Below, one piece after another: positions 39,344 to 49,373 of a stretch of 64,000 nt of DNA; the stretch's first letter is position 1, and each line of letters starts with the position of its first letter. Source of the stretch: a virus. Its lineage: Duplodnaviria > Caudoviricetes. The notes under the pieces were generated by a model, which was given only the letters and a program-made list of their open reading frames with translations, had not been told where the DNA came from and did no database searches. The DNA lies in the IMG/VR virus record IMGVR_UViG_3300044448_004493, positions 649-64,648 of that record, one strand, 5' to 3'. A program made the translations under genes and the position numbers.

Positions 39344-40933
39344 ATGTCACAAATATATTCAAGTTCAGCACCTTTAATAGCATTTTTTGAAACAGGAGAT
39401 GTACCTACAGCGGATAATTTTGAATCTTTAATTAAATCTTTTGCTGTATATGATGGTACTTTAACTATAATTAGTGGTAGTAGTACAAGTACTGGATCTT
39501 TTGGTCAATTAGTTATTGGAAGTGGGGTTAATTCAAATATATTACCTAATGTAGATAATACACATGATTTAGGATCTTCTACATTAGAGTGGAAAGATTT
39601 ATATATAGATGGAACTGCCCATATTGATACAATTGGAAATGGGGTAGCAATCCCTAGTATTAGTAGTAGTATTAATATTAGTGGATCTTTATTACCTAAT
39701 AAAGACGATCATTGGGATTTAGGAGCTTCAGGATTAGAATGGAAAGACTTACATCTTGATGGAACGGCAAATATAGACACATTATCGAATGCAACTGCAA
39801 CAATAACCACAGCAAATATAACCACAGCAAATATAACTACAGTTGGTAATGGGGTAGCAATCCCTAGTATTAGTAGTAGTATTAATATTAGTGGTTCTTT
39901 ATTACCAAGTGCAGATAATAAATGGAGTTTAGGAACAGCAAATAATTCTTGGAAAGACTTACATGTTCAAGGAACTGCTACTATAGGTACTTTATCAATT
40001 TCATCTTTAGCTAATAGTGTATCTATTACAGGAATTAGTAGTAGTACTCAAGTATTACAATTAAGTGGTTCTTTTATACCAGCAACAGATGATACTTATA
40101 ATTTAGGATCTTCAACCCAACAATGGAAAGATTTATATGTAGATGGAGTAGCTTATATAGATAAAATATCAGGTTCATCAGGAGATCCAGATTCAGCACT
40201 GACTTCAAGTGTACATATTGTACCAGGTTTAGATGACACATATAATTTAGGATCATCTGATTTACAGTGGAAAGATTTACATATAGATGGAACAGCAAAT
40301 ATAGACACAGCAGCTATAGATACAAGTACTGTAAGTGGAGTAGGAACAATAACCACAGCATCTATTAATAACTTAAGTTCAAGTTTAATCCCAGATAAAG
40401 ATAATACTTATGACTTAGGTAGTTCAACAAGGGAATATAAAGACATATATTCTGATGGTATTATTTATTCAGATCAATTAGGAGCAGACGGAAATGGTGT
40501 AGCTTTAGCCTATATAAATGTTATAAGTTCTTCTAATGATTCAACTGCTATTTCTTCTAGTGTATCTTTAGTTCCATCAACAGATGATACTTATAGTTTA
40601 GGTTCATCTACATTACAATGGAAAGATTTACATTTAGATGGAACAGCAAATATAGATAATTTAGCAGCAGATACAGCTTCTATAGGAAGAGTATCAACAT
40701 CTTTAATACCAACAGCAGATGACGCTTATGATTTAGGATCTTCAGATTTTAGATATAATGAAGTATATGCTACTAGTCAGTCATTATCTACTAGTGCAAG
40801 TTTATCAGCTATTAAATTTGAAAACTTACCAACTTCAGTAGCACAAGCAAGACTTATAGGAACAGGATCATTATATTTATCAGGGTCTACAACAGATGGT
40901 GATGGACAATTTTTATGTGTATTTACAGGATAA
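39344..40933 (+). CDS. fibre-like virion protein with eight D(D/N)TYxLGSSxxxWKDLxxDG repeats
   Basis: Repeats read in the translation; N-terminal FETGDVPT is shared with 59902..61575. Confidence 0.7.
   Translation: MSQIYSSSAPLIAFFETGDVPTADNFESLIKSFAVYDGTLTIISGSSTSTGSFGQLVIGSGVNSNILPNVDNTHDLGSSTLEWKDLYIDGTAHIDTIGNGVAIPSISSSINISGSLLPNKDDHWDLGASGLEWKDLHLDGTANIDTLSNATATITTANITTANITTVGNGVAIPSISSSINISGSLLPSADNKWSLGTANNSWKDLHVQGTATIGTLSISSLANSVSITGISSSTQVLQLSGSFIPATDDTYNLGSSTQQWKDLYVDGVAYIDKISGSSGDPDSALTSSVHIVPGLDDTYNLGSSDLQWKDLHIDGTANIDTAAIDTSTVSGVGTITTASINNLSSSLIPDKDNTYDLGSSTREYKDIYSDGIIYSDQLGADGNGVALAYINVISSSNDSTAISSSVSLVPSTDDTYSLGSSTLQWKDLHLDGTANIDNLAADTASIGRVSTSLIPTADDAYDLGSSDFRYNEVYATSQSLSTSASLSAIKFENLPTSVAQARLIGTGSLYLSGSTTDGDGQFLCVFTG
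39638..39894 (+). repeat. 47-bp exact direct repeat (39638-39684 and 39848-39894) plus a 15-bp tandem at 39803-39832
   Basis: AATGGGGTAGCAATCCCTAGTATTAGTAGTAGTATTAATATTAGTGG occurs twice, 210 bp apart and in frame. Confidence 0.9.
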
Positions 40934-40977
40934 TAATTAAAAGGTTATAATAAAATTAATAATAAAAACAAAATGTT

Positions 40978-41376
40978 ATGAGTATATTAGGAACAATATT
41001 TAGCGGAGGAGCTAAAGATTTAGTAGAAGGTGTAGGAGGAGTTATAGACAATCTACATACTTCTAAAGAAGAAAAATTAGAAGCAGAACAAAAAATTAAA
41101 GAATTAATAGCTAACTACGAGGTTGAAATGGAAAAAAACATTACAGATCGTTGGAAAGCTGACATGAATAGTGATTCATGGTTAAGTAAAAATGTAAGAC
41201 CACTTGTTTTAATTTTTCTTGTGGTTTGTACCGTTTTAATGATATTTATTGATGCGGGAACTATTTCATTTGTAGTAGAACAAAAATGGACAGATCTATT
41301 ACAATTAGTATTAATAACAGTAATCGGTGCTTACTTTGGTGGTAGGTCATTCGAAAAAGCTAAAAAAATTAAATAA
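40978..41376 (+). CDS. holin (3TM/GTA holin-like)
   Basis: TSKEEKLEAE..DRWKADMNSDSWLSKNVRPLVL followed by TM helices and YFGGRSFEK. Confidence 0.75.
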   Translation: MSILGTIFSGGAKDLVEGVGGVIDNLHTSKEEKLEAEQKIKELIANYEVEMEKNITDRWKADMNSDSWLSKNVRPLVLIFLVVCTVLMIFIDAGTISFVVEQKWTDLLQLVLITVIGAYFGGRSFEKAKKIK

Positions 41377-41378
41377 TT

Positions 41379-41483
41379 ATGAAAAGATTTATATGTGATT
41401 TAGTATATGCACTATCATTTAGAAATATATGTTTTGGATGGTGTGGTTCAAAAATAAAATGTGATTGTAATTGTAATTGCTAA
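41379..41483 (+). CDS. 34-aa Cys-rich peptide, not in the ORF track
   Basis: MKRFICDLVYALSFRNICFGWCGSKIKCDCNCNC*, starting 2 nt after the holin stop. Confidence 0.55.
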   Translation: MKRFICDLVYALSFRNICFGWCGSKIKCDCNCNC

Positions 41484-41533
41484 AAACATTTAGTTCGATT
41501 CATAGCCGGACGACTTAAATAAATTTTTTAGAG

Positions 41534-41571
41534 AGCTGTGGCCTCCAATTTGGTAGTCACAGTTTTTTTTT
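41534..41571 (+). terminator. intrinsic terminator
   Basis: AGCTGTGGC/GTCACAGTT stem followed by a T-run. Confidence 0.65.
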
Positions 41572-41598
41572 GTACGCTACCACAAAATCAATAAAAGT

Positions 41599-42882
41599 AT
41601 GAATATAGTAATTGTAGGAGCGGGAGTTGCTGGTATAAATGCAGCAACAAAACTAGTAGACAACAATTTCAAAGGCAAAATAACAATTATTGATATGGGT
41701 TTAGATCCATATCGTAGACCAGCATCCGATGTAATGAGAGGTTTTTTAGGTGCTGGTGGTTGGTCAGATGGTAAATTAACCTACCATACTTCAATAGGTG
41801 GTCATCTATCAAAATACACAGGTGAAGAAAAAGCAATGGAATTGATGGATCAAGTTATTGAAAACTTCAAACGATTTCATCCTAAACCAGAAAAAGTACA
41901 ATGTTCAAACCCAGTAGATGAACCCGATTTTATTAAACCCCATTTTGGTTTACGCTTATTCCCTGTATGGCATGTTGGAACGGATTATCTACATGAAATT
42001 GGCAAGAATTGGTATGATTATTTAGTAGATAAAGGTGTAGAATTTAAATGGGAAACTAAAGTAACAGATATTCATTTTGACAAAAATATATTATTTTATG
42101 ATGGTGGTTGGGAAGATTATGATACACTTATATTTGGTGTAGGTAAATCAGGAATCGATTTTGCAAAATCCTTATCTGAAGATTATGAATTACCAACAGA
42201 ACCAAAACCAGTACAAATTGGGGTACGTTTTGAAGCACCACAAAAACATTTTCAAAAATTAATTGATATTGCTTATGATTTTAAATTATATAGAAAATTT
42301 GATGCTGAAGGTGTATCATTAAGATCATTTTGCACAAATAATAATGCAGCTTATGTTGCAGCTGAACATACTTATGGAGATATAAGTTATAATGGTCATG
42401 CTAAAAAAGATAAAAAATACCAAAATGATATGACTAATTTTGGTATATTAATGGAAATTAAAGGTATAGATGAACCTTTTAAATGGGCAAGAGAAGCAGT
42501 AAAGAAAATGCAAGAAGATGGTGTAGGAACATTTTATTCCCCAAGTCATAGAGTACCTTCAAAAACTACAGAAGGAGATTATGTAGAAACTAAAGTAGTA
42601 GAAAACATGGAACCTTTATATGATGCAATTGGAGATTATGCTATTTACATTCAAGATTTTATCCATGATATGGAAAAAGTATTTCCAACATTAGGTAAAG
42701 ATTGGGGCATTTATATGCCTGAAGTAAAATATTTAGCACCAGAACCTTTAGTAAATTACGATGATTTAAGTCTTACTAGGTTTCCCAACGTTCATTTTGT
42801 AGGTGATGCATTATCAGCAAGAGGTATAACAGTATCAGGTGCACAAGGTACATTAGTAGCAGAACAATTATTAAAAAACTAA
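41599..42882 (+). CDS. FAD-dependent oxidoreductase (COG2509/HI0933-like)
   Basis: IVGAGVAG Rossmann motif, GAGGWSDGKL, and FVGDALSARGITVSG. Confidence 0.85.
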   Translation: MNIVIVGAGVAGINAATKLVDNNFKGKITIIDMGLDPYRRPASDVMRGFLGAGGWSDGKLTYHTSIGGHLSKYTGEEKAMELMDQVIENFKRFHPKPEKVQCSNPVDEPDFIKPHFGLRLFPVWHVGTDYLHEIGKNWYDYLVDKGVEFKWETKVTDIHFDKNILFYDGGWEDYDTLIFGVGKSGIDFAKSLSEDYELPTEPKPVQIGVRFEAPQKHFQKLIDIAYDFKLYRKFDAEGVSLRSFCTNNNAAYVAAEHTYGDISYNGHAKKDKKYQNDMTNFGILMEIKGIDEPFKWAREAVKKMQEDGVGTFYSPSHRVPSKTTEGDYVETKVVENMEPLYDAIGDYAIYIQDFIHDMEKVFPTLGKDWGIYMPEVKYLAPEPLVNYDDLSLTRFPNVHFVGDALSARGITVSGAQGTLVAEQLLKN

Positions 42883-42884
42883 AT

Positions 42885-43217
42885 ATGAAAATATTAAATA
42901 AAAAAGAAAAAGAAAAAGCATTAAAGGAAGAAATAAAAAATGTTAGAAAATGGTTTAACCCAAAAACTAAAGTAAGAAGAGTTTATAAAATTGAAGAAGA
43001 TGGTACTAAAACAAGAGCACGTGTAATTGATTTTGGAAATAAAGTAGTTTTTCATGATGAAGAGGGTCCTGCTTTAGTTAATAAAGAACAAAAAAGAAAA
43101 GAATATTATTTAAATGGTATCGAATATGATTATGATACATGGAATGAAATAATGAAAGGTAAAGAGGGTTTACCTTGGTATAAAAACCCTGCACATAAAG
43201 GAACATCAAGACATTAA
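42885..43217 (+). CDS. hypothetical protein with an HxxxGPA..EYYLNG motif
   Basis: FHDEEGPALVNKEQKRKEYYLNG. Confidence 0.55.
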   Translation: MKILNKKEKEKALKEEIKNVRKWFNPKTKVRRVYKIEEDGTKTRARVIDFGNKVVFHDEEGPALVNKEQKRKEYYLNGIEYDYDTWNEIMKGKEGLPWYKNPAHKGTSRH

Positions 43218-43218
43218 T

Positions 43219-43746
43219 ATGAAAATAGGTTTTTGTGGAACAATGAGTGTAGGAAAAACTACACTAGTAAATAGTTTAAAAGAATTATCTGAATTTAAAA
43301 ATTATAATTTTAGAACAGAACGTTCAAAATATCTTATGGAAATGGGTATACCTTTAAATACAGATAGTACCTATAAAGGACAATTAGTATTTGCGGCTGA
43401 AAGAGCAGCCGAATTGATGCAAGAAAATATAATAACAGATAGAACTATTATTGATGTTATGGCTTTTTCTAATTTATCTACATCTATGAAAGATTATGAA
43501 AAATTTCACCTAGGTTCAGCTTTATATCATTTAATAAAAGAATATGATGTTTTATTTTATGTTTCTCCTGAAGGAGTAGAAATAGAGGATAATGGAGTAA
43601 GAGAAACAGACGCTAATTATAGAATGAAAATTGATAAAGAAATAAAATCTATTATACAAATGCATAGAAGTAATACTCCTACGATTAAAGGTACTATAGA
43701 AGAACGTATAAAGCAAGTTAAAAAAACAATAGCTCAATACGTATAA
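43219..43746 (+). CDS. P-loop kinase (AAA_28/NadR-like or dNMP kinase)
   Basis: GTMSVGKTT Walker A, ITDRTIID and YDVLFYV motifs. Confidence 0.75.
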   Translation: MKIGFCGTMSVGKTTLVNSLKELSEFKNYNFRTERSKYLMEMGIPLNTDSTYKGQLVFAAERAAELMQENIITDRTIIDVMAFSNLSTSMKDYEKFHLGSALYHLIKEYDVLFYVSPEGVEIEDNGVRETDANYRMKIDKEIKSIIQMHRSNTPTIKGTIEERIKQVKKTIAQYV

Positions 43747-43754
43747 TATATAAT

Positions 43755-45344
43755 ATGGCCCAACAAAATATAAAACAAATTATAAAGCAAGAGTACATTA
43801 AATGTGCTAAGGATCCTGTCTACTTTATGAAAAAATATTGTTATATACAACATCCAACAAGGGGTCGTATACAATTTAATCTTTTTCCTTTTCAAGAAAA
43901 AGTACTAAATTTATTAAATAAAAATGACAGAAATATAATACTTAAATCAAGGCAATTAGGGATTTCAACCTTATCCGCAGGTATTTCTTTATGGATGATG
44001 GTATTCCAAAAAGATAAATCAATACTTGTAGTAGCAACAAAACAAGATACAGCTAAGAATTTAGTAACAAAGGTTAAATACATGTATGATAATTTACCTT
44101 CTTGGTTACAAATAGGATTTACAGAAAATAATAAATTAGCACTTCGACTTAAAAATGGATCTCAAGTAAAAGCAGTATCAGCAGCAAGTGATGCTGGTAG
44201 ATCAGAAGCAATATCTTTACTAATTGTAGATGAAGCAGCTTTTATTGAAGAAAACAGAATAGAAGACATTTGGGGATCTTCACAACAAACATTATCAACG
44301 GGGGGTAAAGCAATTGTACTTTCTACACCTAATGGAACAGGTAACTTTTTTCATAGAATGTGGGTTAAAGCCCAAGAAGGAACTAATGGATTCATCCCTA
44401 TTAGATTACCTTGGACAGTACATCCAGAAAGAAATCAAGAATGGAGAAATAAACAGGATGATGAATTAGGATTAAGAATGGCCTCACAAGAATGTGATTG
44501 TGATTTTACAACTTCTGGTAATACTGTTTTTGAACCTGAAATTTTAACTTTTGTTGAATCTACAAATATATGTGACCCCTTAGAAAGAAGAGGAATAGAT
44601 GGTAGTTTACATATTTGGGAATATCCTGATTATAATAGAAACTTTATAATAGTAGCAGATGTTGCAAGAGGGGATAGTCAAGATTATTCCGCTTTTCATA
44701 TTATTGATGTTAAAGAATGTAAACAAATTGGTGAATTTAAAGGACAAATAGGTACAAAAGAATTTGGACATATGTTAGTTGCTATTGCAACTGAATATAA
44801 TAATGCATTACTTGTAATTGAAAATGCAAATATAGGTTGGAACACAATACAAGTAGTAATAGATAAAGGATATAAAAATTTATATTATTCTCCTAAAGGA
44901 GAAGCAGCAACAAGCGCAGACGCTTTTCTAGCTAAAGGATATGATATAACAGATACCACTAAAATGGTACCTGGTTTTACAATGTCAATGAAAACAAGAC
45001 CTTTAGTAATAGGAAAATTAGATGCTTATTTAAGAGATAAATCAATAACTATTCAAGGAAAAAGAACATTAGAAGAAATGCGTACTTTTATATGGAAAAA
45101 TGGAAGAGCTGAAGCACAAATAGGTTATAACGATGATTTAGTTATGTCTTTAGCAACAGCATGTTATATAAGAGACACAGCACTTAAATTTGCCCAACAA
45201 GGAATAGATATGACAAATGCAGCATTAAGTAATTGGAAAAAAACAACACCTGCTATTTTTGTTAGTGGTACAAATAAAAAAGAAACAGGATGGACTCAAG
45301 ACTTAGGAGAACATGGACAACAAGATTTGACTTGGCTCCTTTAA
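43755..45344 (+). CDS. terL: terminase large subunit (T4 gp17-like)
   Basis: ILKSRQLGIST Walker A, LIVDEAAF Walker B, ADVARG..DYSAF and NDDLVM nuclease motifs. Confidence 0.95.
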   Translation: MAQQNIKQIIKQEYIKCAKDPVYFMKKYCYIQHPTRGRIQFNLFPFQEKVLNLLNKNDRNIILKSRQLGISTLSAGISLWMMVFQKDKSILVVATKQDTAKNLVTKVKYMYDNLPSWLQIGFTENNKLALRLKNGSQVKAVSAASDAGRSEAISLLIVDEAAFIEENRIEDIWGSSQQTLSTGGKAIVLSTPNGTGNFFHRMWVKAQEGTNGFIPIRLPWTVHPERNQEWRNKQDDELGLRMASQECDCDFTTSGNTVFEPEILTFVESTNICDPLERRGIDGSLHIWEYPDYNRNFIIVADVARGDSQDYSAFHIIDVKECKQIGEFKGQIGTKEFGHMLVAIATEYNNALLVIENANIGWNTIQVVIDKGYKNLYYSPKGEAATSADAFLAKGYDITDTTKMVPGFTMSMKTRPLVIGKLDAYLRDKSITIQGKRTLEEMRTFIWKNGRAEAQIGYNDDLVMSLATACYIRDTALKFAQQGIDMTNAALSNWKKTTPAIFVSGTNKKETGWTQDLGEHGQQDLTWLL

Positions 45345-45345
45345 T

Positions 45346-45354
45346 ATATTTATA
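45346..45354 (+). promoter_or_regulatory. putative late promoter ATATTTATA
   Basis: Recurrent motif, 15 nt before the portal ATG. Confidence 0.65.
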
Positions 45355-45369
45355 ATAAACAAATAAAGA

Positions 45370-47214
45370 ATGGCAGATACTAGCTTATTTTCAAGACTAC
45401 AACGGTTATTTTCAAGTGATGTAATCATTAGAAATGTAGGAGGAAAAAGACTTAAAGTAATGGATACAGGTAGGATCCAAAAATATGGAAACCTAGCTAC
45501 TAATTCACTTTATGATAGATTTACACGTCTACATAAACCTGTAGGATCTTCATTACAATATAACCCAACACTGAATTATCAATCAATGAGACTTCAGCTT
45601 TATAGTGATTATGAAGCTATGGATCATGATCCTATTATTGCAGCAGCACTTGATGTTATTTCTGATGAAACAACTTCAAGAAATGAATATGGGGATGTTT
45701 TAAATATTAATTCTTCGGATGAAAATATTAGAAAAGTATTACATAATTTATTTTATGATGTTTTAAATGTAGAATTTAATCTTCCTACATGGGTTAGAAA
45801 TATGTGTAAATATGGAGATTTTTATTTAAAAATGGAAGTTTCTGAAAAATTTGGAGTATATAATGTTATTCCTTTATCTGTTTATGAAGTAGTAAGAGAA
45901 GAAGGAACAGATCCAGAAAATCCTTCTTATGTTAGATTTACACTTGATCCAAATGGTTTAGCTAGTGGTGCAACTAATACAATTAGAAGAGATCAATTCA
46001 CATTAGAAAACTATGAAGTAGCTCATTTTAGATTACTTACAGACTCAAATTATCTTCCTTATGGTAGAGCTTATTTAGAACCTGCTCGTAAAGTATTTAA
46101 ACAATTAATGTTAATGGAGGATGCTATGTTAATTCATAGAATTATGAGAGCACCTGAAAAAAGGGTATTCTATATTAATATTGGTAATACTGATCCTGAT
46201 AAAGTAGAACAATTTATGGCTGATACAGCTAATAAGATGAAAAAAACACCTTATATAGATCAAAATACGGGTGATTATAATCTTAAATTTAACATGCAAA
46301 ATATGACTGAAGATTTCTTTATTCCTATTAGGGGTAATGATGCTTCAACAAGAATTGATACTACTAAAGGATTAGATTATGATGGTACTCAAGATATTGA
46401 ATACTTAAAAGCTAAAATGATGGCTGCTCTTAAAATACCTAAACCATTTTTGGGTTATGAAGAAGGAGTAGAAGGAAAATCAACATTAGCGGGTATGGAT
46501 ATTCGTTTTGCAAGAACAGTAGAACGTATCCAAAGAATTATAGAATCAGAATTAACTAAAATAGCATTAGTACATTTATATTCACAAGGTTTTACAGATG
46601 AACAATTAGTAGATTTTAAATTAGAATTAACAACCCCATCAATAGTTTATGAACAAGAAAAAGTAGAACTATATACAGCAAAAACTACAGTAGCTCAAAC
46701 TATGATAGATAATAAAATATTTAGTAAAGATTGGGTTTATGAAAATATATATGGTTTATCTCCTGATCAATATAATGATCAAAAAGAAGCTATGTTAGAT
46801 GATGCAATATCTAAGTTTAGAGTTTCACAAATTGAAAATGAAGGAAATGATCCTGTAGAATCAGGTACATCTTATGGTACTCCTCATGATTTAGCTTCAT
46901 TATATGGTAATAAAAGGGACAAAGCAGTAGGCCCGGCTCAAATACCAACAGGTTATGATGAAAAAGATCCGGGGCGTCCAGTAGAAGATCCTACTAAATA
47001 TGGAAGTGATAAAGGTAATTTTAGTAGGGATCCATTAGGTAAAAAAGCTTTAGCAACAACATCCCCAGATAAATTATCAGATGGAAACAGAGTTTCTACT
47101 TTTGAAGTACAAAATATTAAACAATCTCTTCAAAAGTTAAAAAAGAAAAAAAAGATTTTAAAAGAAGAAGAAACAGGACTTTTATCTGAAAAAAATATTA
47201 AGCCTCAAGAATAG
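45370..47214 (+). CDS. gp20: portal protein (T4 gp20-like)
   Basis: LEPARKVFKQLMLMEDAMLIHRIMRAPEKRVFYINIGN and MTEDFFIPIRG motifs. Confidence 0.95.
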   Translation: MADTSLFSRLQRLFSSDVIIRNVGGKRLKVMDTGRIQKYGNLATNSLYDRFTRLHKPVGSSLQYNPTLNYQSMRLQLYSDYEAMDHDPIIAAALDVISDETTSRNEYGDVLNINSSDENIRKVLHNLFYDVLNVEFNLPTWVRNMCKYGDFYLKMEVSEKFGVYNVIPLSVYEVVREEGTDPENPSYVRFTLDPNGLASGATNTIRRDQFTLENYEVAHFRLLTDSNYLPYGRAYLEPARKVFKQLMLMEDAMLIHRIMRAPEKRVFYINIGNTDPDKVEQFMADTANKMKKTPYIDQNTGDYNLKFNMQNMTEDFFIPIRGNDASTRIDTTKGLDYDGTQDIEYLKAKMMAALKIPKPFLGYEEGVEGKSTLAGMDIRFARTVERIQRIIESELTKIALVHLYSQGFTDEQLVDFKLELTTPSIVYEQEKVELYTAKTTVAQTMIDNKIFSKDWVYENIYGLSPDQYNDQKEAMLDDAISKFRVSQIENEGNDPVESGTSYGTPHDLASLYGNKRDKAVGPAQIPTGYDEKDPGRPVEDPTKYGSDKGNFSRDPLGKKALATTSPDKLSDGNRVSTFEVQNIKQSLQKLKKKKKILKEEETGLLSEKNIKPQE

Positions 47215-47218
47215 GTTT

Positions 47219-47227
47219 ATATTTATA
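47219..47227 (+). promoter_or_regulatory. putative late promoter ATATTTATA
   Basis: Recurrent motif upstream of 47255. Confidence 0.6.
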
Positions 47228-47254
47228 TACAGATAAATTCGAATTTACCAAAAA

Positions 47255-48097
47255 ATGAAAGTAAAACATTCTAAGTACAAAAATACTGGAATTTTATTTG
47301 AACTCCTTACTAGACAGCTAACGTCTGATACTATTGCGGGGAACGATCCAAAGTCCTTAAGTTTTTTAAAAAAACACTTTAATTCTAAAACAGAATTATT
47401 AAAAGAGTATAAAATATATCATACTCTTTCTACTAAAAAATATAAACAAAATAGTCAAGCTATAATGTTAATTGAAGAATTAATTAAAGCTCATGGAAGA
47501 TTAAATAAAACTCAATTAAGAAGAGAAAAATATAATTTAATAAAAGAAATTAAAGAAAATTATGATATAAATAATTTTTTTAAATCTAAAATCACAAATT
47601 ATAAAATAATGGCTTCTGTTTTTAATTTATTAGAAAACAAAAAAGCTACACCTTTATCAATAGTTAATTCTAAAACAACTCTTTTAGAACATATTATGGA
47701 AAAACCTCTAACTAAGATAAATAATGGTCTTGCTTCTATTATAGAAAAACAGGATAAAGATACTAGATTACTTACTTATAAAGTCTTACTTGAAAAATTT
47801 AATAACAAATATAGTGGTTTAGAAGATAATCAAAAAACATTATTAAAAGAATATGTTAATAGTGTTAGTAATAGTCCTGCTCTTAAATCTTATATCAATC
47901 AAGAAATCAAAATAGTTAAAAGAGATATCTTAAAATATTCTAAAAAAATTGAAGATAAAGCAGTAGCTGTTAAATTAAATGAAGTAAAAGGAATGATTAA
48001 ACCATTATGTAAAAAATCAAATGTACATGATGATAATGTTATTAATTTACTTAACTATTATGAATTAATAAATGAATTAAAAACACTCCATGGCTAA
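47255..48097 (+). CDS. hypothetical head-module protein
   Basis: Between portal and protease; helical and Lys-rich. Confidence 0.55.
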   Translation: MKVKHSKYKNTGILFELLTRQLTSDTIAGNDPKSLSFLKKHFNSKTELLKEYKIYHTLSTKKYKQNSQAIMLIEELIKAHGRLNKTQLRREKYNLIKEIKENYDINNFFKSKITNYKIMASVFNLLENKKATPLSIVNSKTTLLEHIMEKPLTKINNGLASIIEKQDKDTRLLTYKVLLEKFNNKYSGLEDNQKTLLKEYVNSVSNSPALKSYINQEIKIVKRDILKYSKKIEDKAVAVKLNEVKGMIKPLCKKSNVHDDNVINLLNYYELINELKTLHG

Positions 48098-48701
48098 AAA
48101 ATTTAATATACACGAATGGCAAGCTAAACAAAGACGCTTGTATGAGCAAGAAGACTCAGAAACAGGAAATACATCAGATGAAACTTTATCTCCTTTAGAA
48201 AAATTAGTAGAAAGAGTTGTAGCTGTAATGGATGGTAGACTTGCTACTTGGCAAAATACAGAAACTATTAAAAGTAGTCATGATATGATGGCTTTAATGA
48301 AAAGAGATAAAGAAAAAATAAGAATGATGGTTTATAATCTTCTTAGAGATGATTTCCAACATTTAAAAGAAACAAACACGACAGGTACAGGTGCTACTGT
48401 TAGCACAGGAGCAGGGGAGGCTTTTGCTACTCCATCTGCGTTTGCTAAACCAGGTAAATGGAAAGGTAAAAAAACAACATATACAGAAAATGTTGATAAT
48501 GGAGAAGAAGAATTAGAAAAAGATGCTCAAAAAGTAGCAGATCATCCTCTAGTAGATAAAGTTAATACAAGAGATGAATGGGAAGACTTAATGCAAGCTA
48601 TTATAGATCATGGAGAAGAAAATATTTCACAAGTAAATCCTAGTGTAATGAAAACATTTTTAATGAATGCTTTAAGAGATTTAAATAAACCTAACGCTTA
48701 A
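48090..48701 (+). CDS. modular head-module protein containing a capsid N-arm-like peptide
   Basis: MAKKFNIHEW..RLYE leader; LKE-TNTTGTGATVSTGAGEAFA. Confidence 0.6.
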   Translation: MAKKFNIHEWQAKQRRLYEQEDSETGNTSDETLSPLEKLVERVVAVMDGRLATWQNTETIKSSHDMMALMKRDKEKIRMMVYNLLRDDFQHLKETNTTGTGATVSTGAGEAFATPSAFAKPGKWKGKKTTYTENVDNGEEELEKDAQKVADHPLVDKVNTRDEWEDLMQAIIDHGEENISQVNPSVMKTFLMNALRDLNKPNA

Positions 48702-48704
48702 AAT

Positions 48705-49322
48705 ATGCTTTTAACAGAATATAGACAATTTAAAGTAGATAAACAAATAGCGGAACAAGCTGTTAGAGAAAATAAACCTTTAATAGTTCAAGGTGTACTT
48801 CAAAGAGCTGAAGCTAAAAACCAAAATGGTAGAGTTTATCCTAAGGAAATTCTTGCGAGAGAAGTCCAAAATTATATAGATGGTCCTATTAAAGATAATA
48901 GAGCTATGGGAGAATTAGACCACCCAGAAAGTTCTATAATTAATTTACAAAATGTATCCCATACAGTTAAAAAATGTTGGTGGGATGGTGATGATGTGAT
49001 AGGTAAAGTAGAAATATTAAATACACCAGCAGGAAATATATTAAAAGCATTATTTGCAGCAGGAATAACAGTTGGTATTAGTTCTAGGGGAATGGGTTCA
49101 GTAGAAGAAAATATATCAGAAGGTACAGTAGAAGTACAAGATGATTTTGAATTATTATGTTGGGATTTTGTTTCAACTCCCTCAACACATGGTGCTTTTA
49201 TGAAACCATCAACTCCTGGTATTAATGAAAATAAAATAAAACAAATAGAATACAAATACACAAATATAAATAATATAATTAGAGATATAATTTGCGATAA
49301 TACAGGAGTATGTAAATGTTAA
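48705..49322 (+). CDS. gp21: prohead protease (T4 gp21-like)
   Basis: NQNGRVYP, GELDHPE, NVSH, GISSRGMGS and WDFVSTPSTHGA motifs. Confidence 0.95.
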   Translation: MLLTEYRQFKVDKQIAEQAVRENKPLIVQGVLQRAEAKNQNGRVYPKEILAREVQNYIDGPIKDNRAMGELDHPESSIINLQNVSHTVKKCWWDGDDVIGKVEILNTPAGNILKALFAAGITVGISSRGMGSVEENISEGTVEVQDDFELLCWDFVSTPSTHGAFMKPSTPGINENKIKQIEYKYTNINNIIRDIICDNTGVCKC

Positions 49323-49339
49323 GTCTTTAAAATTTTTTT

Positions 49340-49348
49340 ATATTTATT
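49340..49348 (+). promoter_or_regulatory. putative late promoter ATATTTATT
   Basis: Recurrent motif upstream of 49374. Confidence 0.6.
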
Positions 49349-49373
49349 AATAGAATAAAAAAATAATAAAATT

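Noticed and set aside
39344-40933. Regularly recurring repeats as a possible CRISPR array or DGR template/variable pair
   Set aside because: They are in-frame coding repeats with synonymous divergence. There are no unique spacers, no adenine-specific mismatch pattern and no reverse transcriptase in the window.
41493-41501. GTTCGATTC resembling a tRNA T-loop
   Set aside because: No T-stem, anticodon arm or acceptor stem can be built around it; no tRNA gene is called in the window.
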